Of a stretch of 64,000 nt of DNA, positions 9,260 to 18,174 are shown piece by piece. Position 1 is the first letter of the stretch, and every line of letters starts with the position of its first letter. The translations under genes and the position numbers were made by a program. The notes under the pieces were generated by a model. That model was not told where the DNA came from, ran no database searches, and worked only from the letters and a program-made list of their open reading frames with translations. This DNA is from Vampirovibrio chlorellavorus (GTDB taxonomy: Bacteria > Cyanobacteriota > Vampirovibrionia > Vampirovibrionales > Vampirovibrionaceae), in the NCBI GenBank assembly GCA_903866275.1, contig CAIPMU010000016.1, positions 195,978 through 259,977 on the forward strand, given 5' to 3'.

Positions 9260-10606
9260 TTACTTCAGAAAACCTTGATACTGGCGAGCCAACAGATTCA
9301 CGCGAATCTGATTGACGGTGTCGAGAGCAACCCCAACCATAATGATCAGTGAGGTGGCGCCAAGGCCAGACAAGGTGGTGATACCGGTAATACTGGTGGC
9401 AGAACTGGCCAGCAAGGTAATGATGGCCAAGGCAAACGCGCCGATAAAAGTGGTTCGACTGAGAATCTCTTCCAGCTTTTCAGCAGTGGGACGACCAGGC
9501 TTGATACCCGGAATGGCACTGCCATACTTCTTCAGGTTATCCGCAATTTCCCGGGGCTGCATGCTGGGGACAATGGAGGTATAGAAGAAGGTAAAGAACA
9601 CAATCAACAGGAACTCGACCAGAATATAGGCAGGTTTACCGGGAGACAGGAACTGTTCATAGAACCGCACCACTTCAAACATAAATCCGGTGGGGTGCTG
9701 CTGCTGGAGAATCCCAAAGATGGTGCTGGGAAAGGCCAATACCGCAAAGGCGAAGATAATGGGCATCACCCCGGACGGGTTAATCTTGAAGGGGATGTGC
9801 GTATTTTGCCCGCCATAAATGCGATTTCCAACCTGACGCTTGGCGCTGACGATGAAAATTTTTCGAGTGGCTTCCTGCAAAATAATAATCAGTCCAATGG
9901 TCACCAGATAGATCGCTAACAGAATGACCAAGAAGAATGATTTCTGCGGGTCGCCCGAAACCAACTTCTCGGTGCGATCCCAATAGAACGGAATCCGCGA
10001 GAGAATCCCGGCAAAAATAAGCAGAGAGCCCCCGTTACCAACGCCCCGCTCGGTAATCATCTCAGCCACCCACAGGGCGAACGTGGCCCCGGCGGTTAAG
10101 GTGAGAATAGACTCCACATAAAAAATCCACGGCGTTACATTGGGATCAATCGCACCGGCGCTGGCCACCAGTCGCATAATCAGCCCAGCCTGGAACATCG
10201 CCAGTACCACCGCCAGATAACGGGTGTACTGGGAGATTTTCCGGCGACCGGCTTCACCTTCATCTTTTTGCATTTCCTCTAACCGGGGAATCACCACGGT
10301 GAGCAACTGCATAATGATAGACGCTGTAATATAGGGGCCAATCCCGAGCGCCAACACGGAAACGCTGGTTAAAGCGCCACCGGAAAACATGTCCAGAAAG
10401 CCCAGCATCTGGTTACCCAGAAGAGCCTGGATTCGCTCCGGATGAACGCCCCAGACAGGCACTTGCGCACCTAACCGGAACACGGCCAGCATCATCACCG
10501 TAAACAGTAATTTTGATTTTAAACCGGAAGCCTCCCACATCGCCTGGATGTCGCCGACTCCCGGTATCATGCCAGCTTTGGGCTTAGACACCGGAGGAAT
10601 CCTCAA
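9260..10606 (-). CDS. secY: Preprotein translocase subunit SecY
   Basis: LGIGPYITASIIMQLL, GVGNGGSLLIF, GVMPIIFA, IPGIKPG, GATSLIIMVGV. Start is TTG 10606 or ATG 10570. Confidence 0.98.
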   Translation of the reverse strand: MRIPPVSKPKAGMIPGVGDIQAMWEASGLKSKLLFTVMMLAVFRLGAQVPVWGVHPERIQALLGNQMLGFLDMFSGGALTSVSVLALGIGPYITASIIMQLLTVVIPRLEEMQKDEGEAGRRKISQYTRYLAVVLAMFQAGLIMRLVASAGAIDPNVTPWIFYVESILTLTAGATFALWVAEMITERGVGNGGSLLIFAGILSRIPFYWDRTEKLVSGDPQKSFFLVILLAIYLVTIGLIIILQEATRKIFIVSAKRQVGNRIYGGQNTHIPFKINPSGVMPIIFAFAVLAFPSTIFGILQQQHPTGFMFEVVRFYEQFLSPGKPAYILVEFLLIVFFTFFYTSIVPSMQPREIADNLKKYGSAIPGIKPGRPTAEKLEEILSRTTFIGAFALAIITLLASSATSITGITTLSGLGATSLIIMVGVALDTVNQIRVNLLARQYQGFLK

Positions 10607-10631
10607 CTAAATGAACTTGTCTATTATATGC

Positions 10632-11147
10632 CTAGGCTTCTTCAGCAGCGGCAACCAGCTTGACGGTACCACCAGCGGCTTCGATTTTCTCTTTGGCCGA
10701 AGGGGTCACATAATGGGCTTCCACCGTGATCTTGCGCTTCAGTTCGCCTTTACCCAGCAAACGAACGCCGTCGTGGCTCAGTTTCATCAAACCGCCGGTA
10801 CGCAGCAGTTCGTAGTTCAGTTCATCTTCCTCGGGCAACAGGATCTGCTCCAAATCACCCACGTTGAGCTCCAGCCAGTTGCGTGGGTTGATCACCGTGA
10901 AGCCATTGATTTTGGGCATACGGCGGTAACCGGGCATTTGACCGCCCTCGAAACCACGCTTGCGGGAACGACCGGAACGCTGGCCTTCACCGTTGTGACC
11001 GCGGTTACTGGTTTTACCGGCGCCGCTGGCGCGACCGCGACCCACACGCAATTTTGGTTTGTGGGCACCTTTGGCCGGACGCAAATCGGTCAGGGTCAAG
11101 GTGGTGGAGGTCTCAGCCTCAGGGGTAGAAGTGGTTTTGTTTGCCAT
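10632..11147 (-). CDS. rplO: 50S ribosomal protein L15
   Basis: RVGRGRASGAGKTSNRGHNG...FEGGQMP...A..KIEAAGG. Confidence 0.97.
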   Translation of the reverse strand: MANKTTSTPEAETSTTLTLTDLRPAKGAHKPKLRVGRGRASGAGKTSNRGHNGEGQRSGRSRKRGFEGGQMPGYRRMPKINGFTVINPRNWLELNVGDLEQILLPEEDELNYELLRTGGLMKLSHDGVRLLGKGELKRKITVEAHYVTPSAKEKIEAAGGTVKLVAAAEEA

Positions 11148-11149
11148 GA

Positions 11150-11362
11150 TTATGCGATCTCCACGGTGAGCAAATGGGAAATTTTGTTGATCATGCCGCG
11201 AATAATGGCCGAATCGTATTGCAGAACGCTGCGTTGGGACTTATGCAGACCCAAGGCGCGAGCAACGCGGCGGTGTTTTTCGGGACGACCCAGCAAGCTA
11301 CGCGTCAGGGTAATTTTAAGTTGCGTAGTGCTTTTTTGTTCTTCGGAGGTTTGGGGGGACAT
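11150..11362 (-). CDS. rpmD: 50S ribosomal protein L30
   Basis: LKITLTRSLLG...ALGL...IRGMINKISHLL. Lies between rpsE and rplO. GGAG precedes ATG 11362. Confidence 0.9.
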   Translation of the reverse strand: MSPQTSEEQKSTTQLKITLTRSLLGRPEKHRRVARALGLHKSQRSVLQYDSAIIRGMINKISHLLTVEIA

Positions 11363-11412
11363 TAAACGATCTCCAAGCTTTTTCAATAGTGAGTGATACT
11401 TTTGGAGAAATC

Positions 11413-12240
11413 CTAAACCAGGATTTCCTTGACGGACTTGCCGCGAGCGCGAGCAATCTGTTCAAAGGTCCGCAGTTCCGACAAGCCTTTCAAGGTGGCG
11501 CGGGCCACGTTCAATGGAGAATTGGAACCGAGAGACTTGGACAAAATGTTTTCGATGCCAGCCAATTCCAACAACGCCCGAGCAGCACCACCGGCAATGA
11601 CGCCGGTACCTTTGGAGGCAGGCAGCAGAACCACGGTGCTTCCGCCGGCTTTGGACTTGATGGGGTGAGGAATGGTGGTTTGGTGCAGCGGCACAGTCAC
11701 CAGACTTTTCTTGGCGGCGGCAACGCCTTTTTGGATGGCGCCGATGACTTCGTTGGATTTGCCCAAGCCGATACCGACTTCGCCTTTGCCATTGCCAACC
11801 ACAACAACCGCGCGGAAGGAGAGCTTTTTACCACCCTTGACAACCTTGGTCACACGACGGATTTGAATGACTTTTTCTTTCCATTCGCTACGCTCGGCAT
11901 CATCAGCCTGACCAGCAGCAGGAGCGCCCGGAGCATTGCCGCGACCAGCGCCACGATCGGAACCACCAGGACCACCGGGGCCGCGACGTTGTCCACCCGC
12001 ACCACCGGCGCCACCACGAGAAGGGCGACCTTGGTTTGCATTGGCAAAAGGACCAGGAAAAGGGGCACGCGCCACAGGGGCTGCCGTCACAACTGGCGCA
12101 ACGGGTGCAGCAGGAGCGACCGCTTCAGGTTCAACACTGGCAGCAGGGGCAACCGACTCTTCGGTGACGGGCGTTTCGGCCACAGCCTCTGGAGTAACTT
12201 GCTCTTCGTTCAAATCCGGATTGTTGTTTTCGTTGGACAT
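11413..12240 (-). CDS. rpsE: 30S ribosomal protein S5 with ~115-aa low-complexity N-terminal extension
   Basis: Core [35 protein letters not shown]. Start ATG 12240 (MSNENNNP) has AAGGAA upstream. Confidence 0.96.
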   Translation of the reverse strand: MSNENNNPDLNEEQVTPEAVAETPVTEESVAPAASVEPEAVAPAAPVAPVVTAAPVARAPFPGPFANANQGRPSRGGAGGAGGQRRGPGGPGGSDRGAGRGNAPGAPAAGQADDAERSEWKEKVIQIRRVTKVVKGGKKLSFRAVVVVGNGKGEVGIGLGKSNEVIGAIQKGVAAAKKSLVTVPLHQTTIPHPIKSKAGGSTVVLLPASKGTGVIAGGAARALLELAGIENILSKSLGSNSPLNVARATLKGLSELRTFEQIARARGKSVKEILV

Positions 12241-12789
12241 TTCGTTACGTTTCCTTATTAAGGTTCTTTTGATGCCTGAAGACTGAAATAGGGGACACAA
12301 ACGGTTGAATAAGAAGGGAACGCCTGATTTCAAGCGTGTTTCCGGGCACTGAGATGTTGGGTTAAGAGTTTGTGAGGCCGCGCCCATTTTAAGATTCGCT
12401 ACTGTAACAAAAGCACAATGCGATGACAAGTTTCGAGCAAAAAATTCAAAACCACAAATCACAACTTTGTTACAGGTCCTTTGTTCTACCATAAGCAACT
12501 CAAGAGGTCACGCATGGATAGCCCAAAATGCGATATTCCGTTACCTGAACTCAATTACATGGGAGGATACACGCCCCTCGCGCTACAATAAATGCGGCTC
12601 ATTCAGGGGATAGGCTTGCCTGAAGGCTTTGAATCCACTACGCTGTTCAGCAGCAATCGGAACTTGGCAAAAATCACCCTTTCTCTGCTGTCACCCACCA
12701 GCGCCTTGAGCCCCCGATGCTGCCAGTCCCTGTCTTTAATAAGAAAAATTCTATCTATTGGCTGAACATTGATTGAGAGGAGTCCCCGA

Positions 12790-13743
12790 GTGAAAAAGTG
12801 GAGAGTGCTGGCCTTACTGAGTATTTTGCCTATTCTATTGCTTTGCCTGGGATGCAGCCTGGCCGGACAGCATTCGGCAACCAAAAACACGCTGGCTCTA
12901 AAATCGTTGGAAAACCTTCGCGCACAAAGCGACAAACCCCAGAGCGCCACAACTGAGCCCTATCGTTTCATCGCTTTCGGAGACTGGGGCTCAGGCACGC
13001 AATTCCAGAAAGATACCGCTCAGCAAATGGCGTTACAATACGCCAAAGCGCCGTTTGATGCCGCTTTAACGCTGGGCGACAACATTTATGAAGTCGGAAA
13101 CGTGAACAAGCTGGGGAAAGTGTACTTTACGGATATGTATGCGCCTTTACTTCAACATCAGGTGCATTTCATTGTGGCGTTGGGCAATCATGACGTGGTC
13201 ATGGGGCATGGCGATGCACAGGTGGCCTTTTTCAAGATGCCAGGCTACTACTATGTGACTCACAAGCCAAATTTAGACCTGTTTGCCATTAACAGCAACA
13301 CGTTTGCCAAGGATACCGTACAGCAGCAATGGCTGAAGAACGCACTGGCCGCGTCTCATGCGCCCTGGAAAATTGTATTTGGGCACCATCCCATTTATTC
13401 CTCGGGGGAGCATGGCTTTAACCCGGAGATGCGAAAAACATTAGAGCCTATTCTGGTGCAAAACCACGTGGATTTGTATCTGGCGGGGCATGATCATGAC
13501 TATGAGCGTTTCAAACCCATTGAGGGCGTACAACATATTGTTTCAGGCGGCGGTGGCGCTTACTTGCGGGATTTCGCCAAAGTGTTGCCCAATTCACTGG
13601 TGCGGGTAAAGGCCAACCATTTTCTCAGCTTTGAGCTAGAGCAGGGCAGCTTGCGCATGACGGTGATCGACAAGACAGGTCAGATCATTGATCAGGCCGA
13701 ATGGCACAAGGCACAACGGCAAAACTTGCAGATTGAAGGCTAG
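12790..13743 (+). CDS. Calcineurin-like / purple-acid-phosphatase-type metallophosphoesterase, probable lipoprotein
   Basis: Motifs GDWG, GDNIY, GNHD, GHH, AGHDH. Signal MKKWRVLALLSILPILLLCLGC from GTG 12790. Confidence 0.88.
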   Translation: MKKWRVLALLSILPILLLCLGCSLAGQHSATKNTLALKSLENLRAQSDKPQSATTEPYRFIAFGDWGSGTQFQKDTAQQMALQYAKAPFDAALTLGDNIYEVGNVNKLGKVYFTDMYAPLLQHQVHFIVALGNHDVVMGHGDAQVAFFKMPGYYYVTHKPNLDLFAINSNTFAKDTVQQQWLKNALAASHAPWKIVFGHHPIYSSGEHGFNPEMRKTLEPILVQNHVDLYLAGHDHDYERFKPIEGVQHIVSGGGGAYLRDFAKVLPNSLVRVKANHFLSFELEQGSLRMTVIDKTGQIIDQAEWHKAQRQNLQIEG

Positions 13744-13784
13744 TTAGCCGAACCCCAAGTTCAGTCTATGAAAGGCGATGGGCA

Positions 13785-14723
13785 ATGACAGCCAGTCCCC
13801 CAAGGCACCCTGAAGGCAAAAACGCCAAGAAATGGTTCATTGGTCTATCCCTACTTGGGATCGTCCTTGGTTTTGTGGCTTGGGCCGTCTTTTGGCGAGG
13901 GTTTGACTTTTATCGCCCCAGCCAACCGCTGCACTGCGACGAATTACCCGAAGGCAGCAACCCCCACCGCTTTATTGCCTTCGGGGACTTTGGCGAAGGC
14001 ACACTGTTTCAGGGTGCTCTTGGCGCGCAGATGGCCAAGACCCATCAGCAAAGCCCCTTCGACATCGCCCTGTTGCTGGGCGACAACATTTACCCGGATG
14101 GCGATATTAAGCGACTGGCCAAAAGCAACTTTGAAAACCCTTACAGCGGGCTCATCCAGAAAAACGTGCGATTTGTGGCGGCCATTGGGGATCATGATGA
14201 TCACAAGGGTCACCAGATCGATGAGATGGCTTACTTTCATATGCCCAAGGAATACTATAAAGTCTCCGATGGGCCGGTGGATTTTTTCATCCTGAACACC
14301 ACCTTCTTTGTGCGGAGTCCCGAGCAGCAGGCTTGGCTCGCGAAAGCACTGGCCGAAAGCCATGCGCGCTGGAAGATCGTGGCGGCGCACCATCCGGTTT
14401 ACTCTTCTGGGCGGCATGGGCACCAAACCGCCGGTTTGCGGAAGGTACTGGAACCCATTCTGGTGAAGAGTCACGCGGACCTGTACTTGGCCGGGCATGA
14501 TCACGATTATGAGCGCTTTGAGCCCATTCAAGGGGTTAATTACATCATCTCCGGCGGCGGAGGAAGCTATTTGTACGACTTTAAAAAGGTCATGCCCCAT
14601 TCGCTGGTTCGCATCAAGACCATCCACTTCCTGCTGTTTGCTGTTACCGATAAAGATTTGACCATGCAGGCCATCAATCGCTACGGTGAAGTGGTGGATT
14701 GCGCCCATTGGCATAAAAACTAA
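13785..14723 (+). CDS. Second metallophosphoesterase (tandem paralog), N-terminal membrane anchor
   Basis: Motifs GDFG, GDNIY, GDHD, AHH, AGHDH. Long identical blocks with the upstream gene (DLYLAGHDHDYERF.PI.GV..I.SGGGG.YL). Confidence 0.88.
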   Translation: MTASPPRHPEGKNAKKWFIGLSLLGIVLGFVAWAVFWRGFDFYRPSQPLHCDELPEGSNPHRFIAFGDFGEGTLFQGALGAQMAKTHQQSPFDIALLLGDNIYPDGDIKRLAKSNFENPYSGLIQKNVRFVAAIGDHDDHKGHQIDEMAYFHMPKEYYKVSDGPVDFFILNTTFFVRSPEQQAWLAKALAESHARWKIVAAHHPVYSSGRHGHQTAGLRKVLEPILVKSHADLYLAGHDHDYERFEPIQGVNYIISGGGGSYLYDFKKVMPHSLVRIKTIHFLLFAVTDKDLTMQAINRYGEVVDCAHWHKN

Positions 14724-14790
14724 GCCCTGAGCAGCCAAATCCATTGGCTCATCATGGGCTTCGTTTTTAAAATCCTGGATTAAGGGAAGC

Positions 14791-15135
14791 CTAAGCTTCA
14801 GTAGTCGTCGGGGTGGTGTTGGCTTGGGATTTAGGCGCCAGCGGGTTTTTCATGAACCAGTGCGCCAGAAAGATTCCGCCAGTCAGGATAACACCCACCC
14901 CAGGGGCCGCCAGGGCTTGGGTATTAGCCGCATCCACAATCAGGGCGCTGATCATCTGAAAGGCCATGATCCCGAACAACAGCACCATGATAAAGCACAT
15001 GGCATACCGATACACTTCAAACACAATTGCTCTGCGTGCGTCCATTGTTTCTCCCGCCTGATAGGCATACTCTGACAGTAAAAGACCCCCCATAAACAGG
15101 ACCAGGGGCAACCCGATTGCGATAATGAGTTCCAT
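14791..15135 (-). CDS. Small hypothetical membrane protein (about 3 TM)
   Basis: 114-aa ORF with three hydrophobic segments; GGAAAGAGA upstream. Confidence 0.65.
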   Translation of the reverse strand: MELIIAIGLPLVLFMGGLLLSEYAYQAGETMDARRAIVFEVYRYAMCFIMVLLFGIMAFQMISALIVDAANTQALAAPGVGVILTGGIFLAHWFMKNPLAPKSQANTTPTTTEA

Positions 15136-15447
15136 CAGTTTCTCTTTCCGTGCCTGACGTTCCGTTCATTATAAAAGTTGCGGCCCATCAAGGGAATGTC
15201 CGTAAGTGCTTGCGTGAACACATCCGTGTGGAGCATAGCGGCTGCTCGCCTGCTTTATAAACAAAGTACTACACTACAAATTTATTGTGTATAATTTTGT
15301 TAACTATCTTTCTTGTTGAGTACGTGCCAACAATGCTCACTGTGGAAAAGCGACTCAAACGCTCTTCCCATAAGCCGTTCAACCTCAACACCCATCATGC
15401 ACACGATGAATCAGGGACATGGATTGACCGAATGAAAGTCAAAATCA

Positions 15448-15663
15448 ATGAAAGTTAAAATCAAAATAGTCGCCCAAGAGAAAAAGGGCTGGAGCCTGTA
15501 TAAACTGGCCAAAGAGATGGGCTTACCTCAGCAAACCGTGTATTCCTGGGCCAGTGGGCGCACCCAACCCAGCTATGACAACATGGATCGCCTCTGCGAT
15601 ATACTGGATGCCGCCGTGGGCGAACTATTTGAGGCAGAGCCTGTGCAGAAAAAGTTGTTTTAG
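15448..15663 (+). CDS. XRE/Cro-C1 helix-turn-helix regulator
   Basis: WSLYKLAKEMGLPQQTVYSW.....PS......LCDIL......LF matches the HTH_3/HTH_26 pattern. Confidence 0.85.
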   Translation: MKVKIKIVAQEKKGWSLYKLAKEMGLPQQTVYSWASGRTQPSYDNMDRLCDILDAAVGELFEAEPVQKKLF

Positions 15664-15694
15664 CCTACGACCAAGCGCTGTAAGTCGATTTCCA

Positions 15695-15815
15695 CTTTTA
15701 CGCTTTCTTTTTTAACGCGCTCTCATTATTAAAAGGCTCACTTTTTTTGAAACGCTCATTTGTCTTAAGCGCTATCTTGTTTTAAACGCTCACTTGTTTT
15801 AAACGCTAAACGCTA
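15695..15815. repeat. Degenerate 17-bp tandem repeat, 7 units, consensus near TTTAAACGCTCACTTGT
   Basis: GCT core at 15702, 15719, 15736, 15754, 15771, 15788 and 15805 (spacing 17,17,18,17,17,17). Confidence 0.8.
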
Positions 15816-17140
15816 GTCGTAGCCCGCTGAAATACGTCGCCCAGCATCACTTCATCCACCAGCGCCGGAGACTCTACCGGATTAGCCGAGTAAGTGAAGG
15901 CCCCTTTGAGTACTTCCATCGCCTCTTTGGGGGCGCGTTCATCGGCGTATAGCTCCACCAAAATCTCGCCGGGGCGAACCGAATCGCCCACTTTTTTACG
16001 TAATAGTACGCCCACACCCAGGTTAATGGGCGAACCCTTGGTCAATCGACCCGCACCCACCAACTTGGCCGCTTTCGCGACTTCCAGCGCATCAATATTA
16101 GCGATATATCCAGTCTGCGAGGCCGGTATCATCAGAACTTTATCCGGCTGAGGGAGCAAGGCCGGGTCTTGGATAAAGTAAGGATCGCCTTTTTGGGCAA
16201 TCACCAACTCGCGAAACTTTTCCAGCGCGGTGCCATCGTGTAGCGAGGCGCGCAAGGCCTCCTCTGCTGCTTCCAGATTGGGTTGAACACCCGCGCACAC
16301 CAAGGCCACCGAAGCCAGCCGAAGGCACAGCATTTCCAAATCCGGCGCACCCTCGCCCCGAAGGAGCTGAACGGTTTCAATCACTTCCAGACTATGCCCA
16401 ATCGAGCAGCCCAAGGGCTGGTTCATGGCAGAAATCACAGTCGAAATACTTTTTCCCAACCGCGAACCAACCTCACGGCAAGTGTAAGCCAGCGATTTTG
16501 CGTCTTCCAGCGTGTGCATAAAGGCACCCGTGCCGTATTTAATATCCAGCACAATCACATCTGCGCCTGCCGCAATCTTTTTGGAGATCACTGAGGCCGC
16601 AATCAGAGGAATACTCTCCACCGTGGCGGTCACATCACGCAAGGCGTACATTTTGCCATCCGCCGGGGCCAAATCCTGCGTCTGAGAGGAAATGGCCATG
16701 CCAATCTGGCGGATTTGCTTCACAAATTCAGCGGTGGTCAGCGAGACCTGAAAGCCGGGAATGGCTTCGAGCTTGTCGATGGTGCCCCCCGTAAAACCCA
16801 GTCCTCGACCGGACAACTTGGCCACCTTCACCCCGGCCACCGCCAGCATCGGGATTAACGCCAGCGTGGTCTTATCTCCCACGCCGCCGGTGCTGTGCTT
16901 ATCAACCACCACACCACCCACATCGGACAACTCGAGCTGTTTGCCGGATTCCACAAAGGCTTTGGTCAGCCAGGTGGTCTCTTCCATGTCCAGCCCATTG
17001 ATGCAAACCGCCATCAGCCAAGCGGAAATCTGGTAATCTTGAGCCTGGCCCGATTCCATCATTTTGACCAGCGCGGCGATTTCTTCTTCCGTGTGGGTCA
17101 ACCCACGCCGTTTTTTGTCTATAATCTCAATGATATTCAT
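15806..17140 (-). CDS. pdp: Pyrimidine-nucleoside phosphorylase
   Basis: DKHSTGGVGDK, KLSGRGLGFTGGTIDKLE, LYALRD-like MYALRDVTATV, SKKIAAG. Confidence 0.95.
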   Translation of the reverse strand: MNIIEIIDKKRRGLTHTEEEIAALVKMMESGQAQDYQISAWLMAVCINGLDMEETTWLTKAFVESGKQLELSDVGGVVVDKHSTGGVGDKTTLALIPMLAVAGVKVAKLSGRGLGFTGGTIDKLEAIPGFQVSLTTAEFVKQIRQIGMAISSQTQDLAPADGKMYALRDVTATVESIPLIAASVISKKIAAGADVIVLDIKYGTGAFMHTLEDAKSLAYTCREVGSRLGKSISTVISAMNQPLGCSIGHSLEVIETVQLLRGEGAPDLEMLCLRLASVALVCAGVQPNLEAAEEALRASLHDGTALEKFRELVIAQKGDPYFIQDPALLPQPDKVLMIPASQTGYIANIDALEVAKAAKLVGAGRLTKGSPINLGVGVLLRKKVGDSVRPGEILVELYADERAPKEAMEVLKGAFTYSANPVESPALVDEVMLGDVFQRATTSV

Positions 17141-17323
17141 TATGATATTCCTTTATCCAGCGACCCCGCTTTTCAGGCTGTTCAAAATAATCCGGCGACT
17201 ATGCCCAAATTATAGCCCAAAAACCCCGAACACATGCGACCAGCGGCGGAAAGACAGCAAACTCAAGATTTTCAAAATCATACGTTCAGATACCCGATAA
17301 CCCCAAACAGGATTCCCGATTCA

Positions 17324-18172
17324 ATGACTCTAGCCGAACACATTCAGGAAGCCACCCGGTTTATTCAAGGCGCCAACCCGTTTTCTGCCATTCGCGGGGC
17401 AGTCATTCTAGGCTCCGGGTTGGGCGAGTTCGCCGATGGCTTGCAAAACGTGCACTATGTCAACTACGCCGATATTCCCCACTTCCATCAGCCCACCATC
17501 AGCGGGCACGCGGGGCGGCTGGCCATTGGCGAAATTGCGCCGGGCTTTCCCATTGCCTGCATGCAGGGACGTTTTCACTACTATGAAGGGCATGATCTCA
17601 ACACCGTGGTCTTCCCCACACGGGTTTTAAAGGCGTTAGGGGCCGAGTTTTTAATTGTGACCAACGCCGCGGGCGGGGTGAACACCCAGTTTCCTCCCGG
17701 TACGTTGATGCTGATTGAAGATCACCTGAACCTGACTGGAACCAACCCGCTGATTGGGCCGAACCCTGAATTCTTGGGCCCCCGGTTTCTGGATATGACT
17801 CAGGCTTATGACAGCAAGTTGCGCCAGATGGCCCAAGAGGTGGCCGCGCATCACACCATCACGCTGGAAAGCGGCGTGTATGCGGGGCTGAGTGGCCCCA
17901 CCTACGAAACTCCCGCCGAAGTGAGGATGCTACGGACGCTGGGGGCAGATGCCGTGGGGATGTCTACAGTGCCTGAAGTCATTGTGGCGAATCATATGGG
18001 CATCAAGGTGCTCGGGATCTCCTGCATTACCAATGCTGCGGCGGGCATTACGGGCGAAAAGCTCAACCATCAGGAAGTGATGGACACCGCTGAACAGACC
18101 AAGCAACGCTTCGTCACATTACTGAGTGGCCTATTGAACCAATTGGCGGCTCAGCCTGCCTTGAGCGCCTAG
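17324..18172 (+). CDS. punA: Purine-nucleoside phosphorylase (trimeric PunA/XapA type)
   Basis: ILGSGLG, GHAG, GRFHYYEG, TNAAGG, GPTYETPAE, GADAVGMSTVPE, ITN. Start at ATG 17324. Confidence 0.95.
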   Translation: MTLAEHIQEATRFIQGANPFSAIRGAVILGSGLGEFADGLQNVHYVNYADIPHFHQPTISGHAGRLAIGEIAPGFPIACMQGRFHYYEGHDLNTVVFPTRVLKALGAEFLIVTNAAGGVNTQFPPGTLMLIEDHLNLTGTNPLIGPNPEFLGPRFLDMTQAYDSKLRQMAQEVAAHHTITLESGVYAGLSGPTYETPAEVRMLRTLGADAVGMSTVPEVIVANHMGIKVLGISCITNAAAGITGEKLNHQEVMDTAEQTKQRFVTLLSGLLNQLAAQPALSA

Positions 18173-18174
18173 AG

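Noticed and set aside
11389-12261. Long antisense ORFs in the track (e.g. 11389..12261 +, 13944..14744 -, 18265..19128 -, 36790..37821 +, 56785..57666 -, 57802..58539 -)
   Set aside because: They are shadows of well-supported genes on the opposite strand and show no recognisable motifs.
17141-17323. Purine riboswitch between pdp and punA; TPP riboswitch before thiL (63615-63771)
   Set aside because: No consensus motifs were found on either strand.
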